Source of the DNA: Acidobacteriota bacterium
Lineage (GTDB): Bacteria; Acidobacteriota; Vicinamibacteria; Vicinamibacterales; SCN-69-37
Length of the DNA stretch: 64,000 nucleotides
Assembly (NCBI GenBank): GCA_003242705.2
Contig: QGVF02000008.1
Span: 7,194-71,193, forward strand
Reading direction: 5' to 3'
The translations under genes were made by a program, and so were the position numbers. Numbering within the stretch: the stretch's first letter is position 1; the number at the start of each line of letters is the position of its first letter. This document shows positions 60,726-64,000 of this stretch, in pieces. The notes under the pieces were generated by a model. It was not told the DNA's origin, did no database searches, and worked only from the letters and a program-made list of their open reading frames with translations.

Positions 60726-60747
60726 ATTGACCAAATGGTTAGTCAAT
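60726..60747. promoter_or_regulatory. Probable TetR operator spanning the tetR start codon
   Basis: Imperfect palindrome ATTGACcAA-atgg-TTaGTCAAT; TTGACG -35-like hexamer upstream. Confidence 0.65.
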
Positions 60748-61397
60748 CGCGGAAGCCGGCCTCCAGCCGCGATCGTCTCCTCGCCGCGGCCGCCGCCGAG
60801 TTCGCCGCCCGCGGGTTCGCCGGCGCCAAGGTCGACCGCATCGCTGCCCGCGCCCGCCTGAACAAGGCGATGATCTACTACCACTTCCGCAGCAAGGCCG
60901 CGCTCTATCGCGAGGTCCTGCTCGACGTCTTCCGGACCATCGCCGACGCGGTGTCGGAGGACGCCGCAGACGAATCGCCCGAAGCCGGCATCCGCCACTT
61001 CATCCGGAGCGTCGCCGGCGTGCTTGCCGAGCGGCCGCACTTCGCGCCGATCTGGCTGCGCGAGATGGCCGAAGGCGGAAGGCACCTCGACGCGTCGCGG
61101 GCCGGGCAGTTGCAGCGCGTGCTCGGTCGCCTCGAACGCATCGTCCACGGAGGCCGGCGCCGCGCGAGGCACCGTGCCGTTCACCCGCTGGCGGTCCAGC
61201 TCGGCATCGTCGGGCCGATCCTGCTGTTCCTGGCGTCGACGCCGGTGCGGGCACGCCTGGCGCCGCCGGACGGCAACGCGGCCGGCATCGACATCGACTA
61301 CGACACACTGCTGAACTACGTCGAGGCGGCCACGCTGGGAGCGGTGACGCAGGAAGCGCCGGCGGCGGGCGGGTCGACGAGGAGGCGAGGCGCATGA
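60735..61397 (+). CDS. TetR/AcrR-family regulator
   Basis: LLAAAAAEFAARGF.GAKVDRIA.RA.LNKAMIYYHFRSK HTH. Confidence 0.93.
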   Translation: MVSQSRKPASSRDRLLAAAAAEFAARGFAGAKVDRIAARARLNKAMIYYHFRSKAALYREVLLDVFRTIADAVSEDAADESPEAGIRHFIRSVAGVLAERPHFAPIWLREMAEGGRHLDASRAGQLQRVLGRLERIVHGGRRRARHRAVHPLAVQLGIVGPILLFLASTPVRARLAPPDGNAAGIDIDYDTLLNYVEAATLGAVTQEAPAAGGSTRRRGA

Positions 61398-62428
61398 CGA
61401 AGCGCACCATGCTGCTGATGCGGGCCGCCGTGGCTGCTGGTGCTGCCCTGGTGCTGGCCGGCTGCTCGGGGAATGACGGCGAGACGACACGCCGGGCGAC
61501 CGGCTACGTCGAGGCAGCGGAAGTCCACCTGGCCGCGCGCATCCCTGGTCGTGTCGAAGCCGTTCTCGTGGTCGAAGGCGATCGCGTGGACAAGGGAACC
61601 GTGGTGGCACGGCTGTCGACGGCCGAGCTCGACCTGGCGCTTGAGCGGGCGCGCGCCGAGCGTCAGCAGGCCGAGGCGCAGCTGCGCCTGCTGCGGCAGG
61701 GCGCCAGGCCCGAGGAGATCCGGCAGGCCGAGGCGCAGCTGTCGGCCGCGCGCGCCGAGCAGGCGGCGGCCGCCGCCGATTTGACGGCGGCCGAAGCCGA
61801 CGAGGCGCGCTTTATCCGCCTGGTCGAACGGCGCGCCGGCTCGGAGAAGCAGCGCGACGACGCGCGGGCGCGGCGCGCGCAGGCCGAGGCGCGTGCCCGC
61901 GCCGCGGCCGAGCGGGTCGAGGCGGCCGCCGCGGCGCTCGATCGGCTGCGTGCCGGAGCGAGGGCGGAAGAGATCGATGCTGCGCGCGCCAGACTGGCGG
62001 CGGCCGACGCGCAGATCGCATCGCTCGAGCACGACCGCACCGAGGCCACACTGCTCGCACCACTGACCGGCGTCGTGGGGGGCCGGCTCGTCGAGCCCGG
62101 CGAACTGCTGGCGGCCGGCATGCCGGTTGCGACGCTCGTCGATCTCGATCGCGCCTGGATCAACGCGTACGTCGAAGAGCCGCTCGTCCCGTCGCTCCGC
62201 CTGGGCGAGAGCGTGACGGTGGTGACCGACGGCGGCGATCGACTGACCGGTGCGGTGGCGTTCGTGTCACCCCGCGCCGAGTTCACTCCGAGGAACGTCC
62301 AGACGAGCGACGAGCGTGCCCGTCTGGTCTACCGGGTGCGCATCAACGTCGACAACCGCGAGGGCATCCTGAAGCCGGGGATGCCCGTCGAGGTCGTCTG
62401 GCAGAGCGGCTCGCAGCCGCCGGCCTGA
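61394..62428 (+). CDS. HlyD/YbhG-type membrane fusion protein (lipoprotein)
   Basis: LAGC lipobox, GARPEEI repeats, AEFTPRNVQT..ER.RLVY, LKPGMP. Confidence 0.9.
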   Translation: MTKRTMLLMRAAVAAGAALVLAGCSGNDGETTRRATGYVEAAEVHLAARIPGRVEAVLVVEGDRVDKGTVVARLSTAELDLALERARAERQQAEAQLRLLRQGARPEEIRQAEAQLSAARAEQAAAAADLTAAEADEARFIRLVERRAGSEKQRDDARARRAQAEARARAAAERVEAAAAALDRLRAGARAEEIDAARARLAAADAQIASLEHDRTEATLLAPLTGVVGGRLVEPGELLAAGMPVATLVDLDRAWINAYVEEPLVPSLRLGESVTVVTDGGDRLTGAVAFVSPRAEFTPRNVQTSDERARLVYRVRINVDNREGILKPGMPVEVVWQSGSQPPA

Positions 62429-62442
62429 TTCGAGAACGACCG

Positions 62443-63417
62443 ATGACGACGCAGGCCGCCGCAGCAGCGCTTCCGGTCGTGCTGCGTGACGTGCGGGCCG
62501 GCTTCGGCAGCCGGGAGGCGCTTTCAGGCGTCTCGCTCGACGTGCGTCCGGGCGAGATGTTCGGCCTGATCGGACCCGACGGCGCGGGCAAGACGACCAC
62601 GCTCCGGCTCGTGTGCGGACTGCTGCCGGCCTGGAGCGGCGATGTCCTTGTCTGCGGTGCGAACCCGTGGGTCGATCGGCGGACCGCCACGCACCGCATC
62701 GGCTACCTGTCGCAGCGGTTCAGCCTGTACGGCGACCTGACGATCGACGAGAACATCGAGTTCTTCGCACGTGTGCACGGCGTGCGTGACTTCCGGACCC
62801 CTCGCGATCGGCTGCTGGCGCTGACCGGACTCGAACCGTTCCGCGGCAGGCTCGCGGCACGCCTGTCGGGCGGCATGAAGCAGAAGCTCGCGCTGGCGTG
62901 CACGCTCATTCACGAGCCGCCGCTCATCGTGCTCGACGAGCCGACGACGGGCGTCGATCCGGTGTCGAGGCGCGAGTTCTGGAAGCTGCTCGGGGAGTTT
63001 CTGGCAGGTGGCCTGACGATCCTGATTGCCACGCCATATCTCGACGAGGCCGAACGCTGCAGTCGGGTCGCCCTGGTGAGCGAGGGACGGATTCTCGCGC
63101 TCGACACGCCCGATCGACTGCGCGGTTCGCTCAGCGGCGTGATTTTCGAAGTCGTCGCGCCCGCCGTGCGGCGCGCGCGCGATGTCCTGATCGATCGATG
63201 GGGCGGGGAGCGCGTCGAAGCGTTCGGTGACAGGCTGCACGTCCGCGGCGACAGGGCCGGCGACAGGGACCGTCTGCTGGCGGTTCTTGCCGACGCCGGT
63301 CTGGCTGGCGCGTCCGTGCGTCAGGTACGCGCAGGGCTCGAGGACGTGTTCATCGATCTGATCGGTCGCGAGCGCCACGCCCTGGCCGGCGGTGGCAGGA
63401 AGGGGAGTGACGGATGA
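62443..63417 (+). CDS. ABC transporter ATP-binding protein (YbhF-like)
   Basis: GPDGAGKT, LSGGMKQK, LDEPTTGVDPVSRREFW, TPYLDE. Confidence 0.92.
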   Translation: MTTQAAAAALPVVLRDVRAGFGSREALSGVSLDVRPGEMFGLIGPDGAGKTTTLRLVCGLLPAWSGDVLVCGANPWVDRRTATHRIGYLSQRFSLYGDLTIDENIEFFARVHGVRDFRTPRDRLLALTGLEPFRGRLAARLSGGMKQKLALACTLIHEPPLIVLDEPTTGVDPVSRREFWKLLGEFLAGGLTILIATPYLDEAERCSRVALVSEGRILALDTPDRLRGSLSGVIFEVVAPAVRRARDVLIDRWGGERVEAFGDRLHVRGDRAGDRDRLLAVLADAGLAGASVRQVRAGLEDVFIDLIGRERHALAGGGRKGSDG

Positions 63418-64000
63418 CCCGGATGGGGCTGCTGGCAGTGGTCTGCCTGCTGGCTGCGCAACCTGTGGTCGCGCAGCCGGCTGTATCGCTGACAATCGAC
63501 GAGGCCGTGGCGCGCGCGCTGGCGCACGCGCCACGGCTCGCCGAAGTCCGGGCACGCGAGCGCGCGGCCGAGGCGACACGTGCGGCGTATGAAGCGGCAG
63601 GCCGGCCGTCGGTCTCGGCGCTTACCGGCTTCGTGCGGACGAACCATGTCGATGAGTTCGGCCTGGTTCAGCCCGACGGCACACGCAGGATCATCTTTCC
63701 CGACATCCCGTCCAACTATCGGGTGCGCGCTGAAATCGGTGTACCGCTCGTGACCGGCGGACGCGTCGACGCGCTTGTCGCCTCGGCCGAGGCGGAGCGC
63801 CGCGCGGTGGCGGCCGAAAGCGCGTCGGTCGAGGCCGACATCGAGTTCGAGACGGTGGTGGCCTACTGGACGCTCGCGCTCGCCCGTGCCCGCGTCGACG
63901 TGCTCGAGCAGGCGCAGCGTCGTGCCGACGCGGTTGTGTCCGACGTGGCCGCACGCGTCGAGACGGGACTGCTGCCCCCGAACGAGCAGCTGTCGGCCGA
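63414..64000 (+). CDS. TolC-family outer-membrane efflux protein, runs off the window edge
   Basis: Not in the ORF track. ATG 63414 (ATGA overlap): MTRMGLLAVVCLLAAQPVVAQPAVSLTIDEAVARAL...PLVTGGR...VVAYWTL. Confidence 0.85.
   Translation, partial: MTRMGLLAVVCLLAAQPVVAQPAVSLTIDEAVARALAHAPRLAEVRARERAAEATRAAYEAAGRPSVSALTGFVRTNHVDEFGLVQPDGTRRIIFPDIPSNYRVRAEIGVPLVTGGRVDALVASAEAERRAVAAESASVEADIEFETVVAYWTLALARARVDVLEQAQRRADAVVSDVAARVETGLLPPNEQLSA

Overview
High-GC (~70% by eye) bacterial core-chromosome segment, densely coding (~65 CDS plus one tRNA-Leu(CAG)). Gene content and several conserved hypotheticals suggest Acidobacteriota, possibly Vicinamibacterales (inference). Recognisable blocks: degP-CYTH-nucleotidyltransferase; dut; zwf; sppA; ppiD; a diguanylate cyclase whose stop overlaps the start of mreBCD-mrdA-rodA-rng; pdp-punA-cdd-mtnA-tsaD; a four-gene ABC-2 module; folE; an AAA+/VWA pair; aceE-aceF-lpdA with lipA, family-5 UDG, ferredoxin and coaA; a gluzincin/beta-propeller/Omp85 fusion; TlpA and CusF-SCO genes; a LiaF-like/LytS/LytTR module; and a TetR-HlyD-ABC-TolC efflux operon cut by the window edge. 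I saw no integrase, transposase, prophage, CRISPR array or recognisable defence system. Most notable: (1) the DGC apparently co-translated with the elongasome operon behind a sigma54-like site; (2) the protease-propeller-Omp85 fusion; (3) about a dozen genes with a -10 box 6-9 nt before the start codon (probable leaderless mRNAs), including divergent pairs sharing one symmetric -10; (4) a convergent pair of apparent pseudo-enzymes; (5) a frameshifted DUF4097-like remnant that the ORF track shows only in part. Several starts were adjusted by eye from the ORF track, and all functional calls come from motif recognition without database searches.
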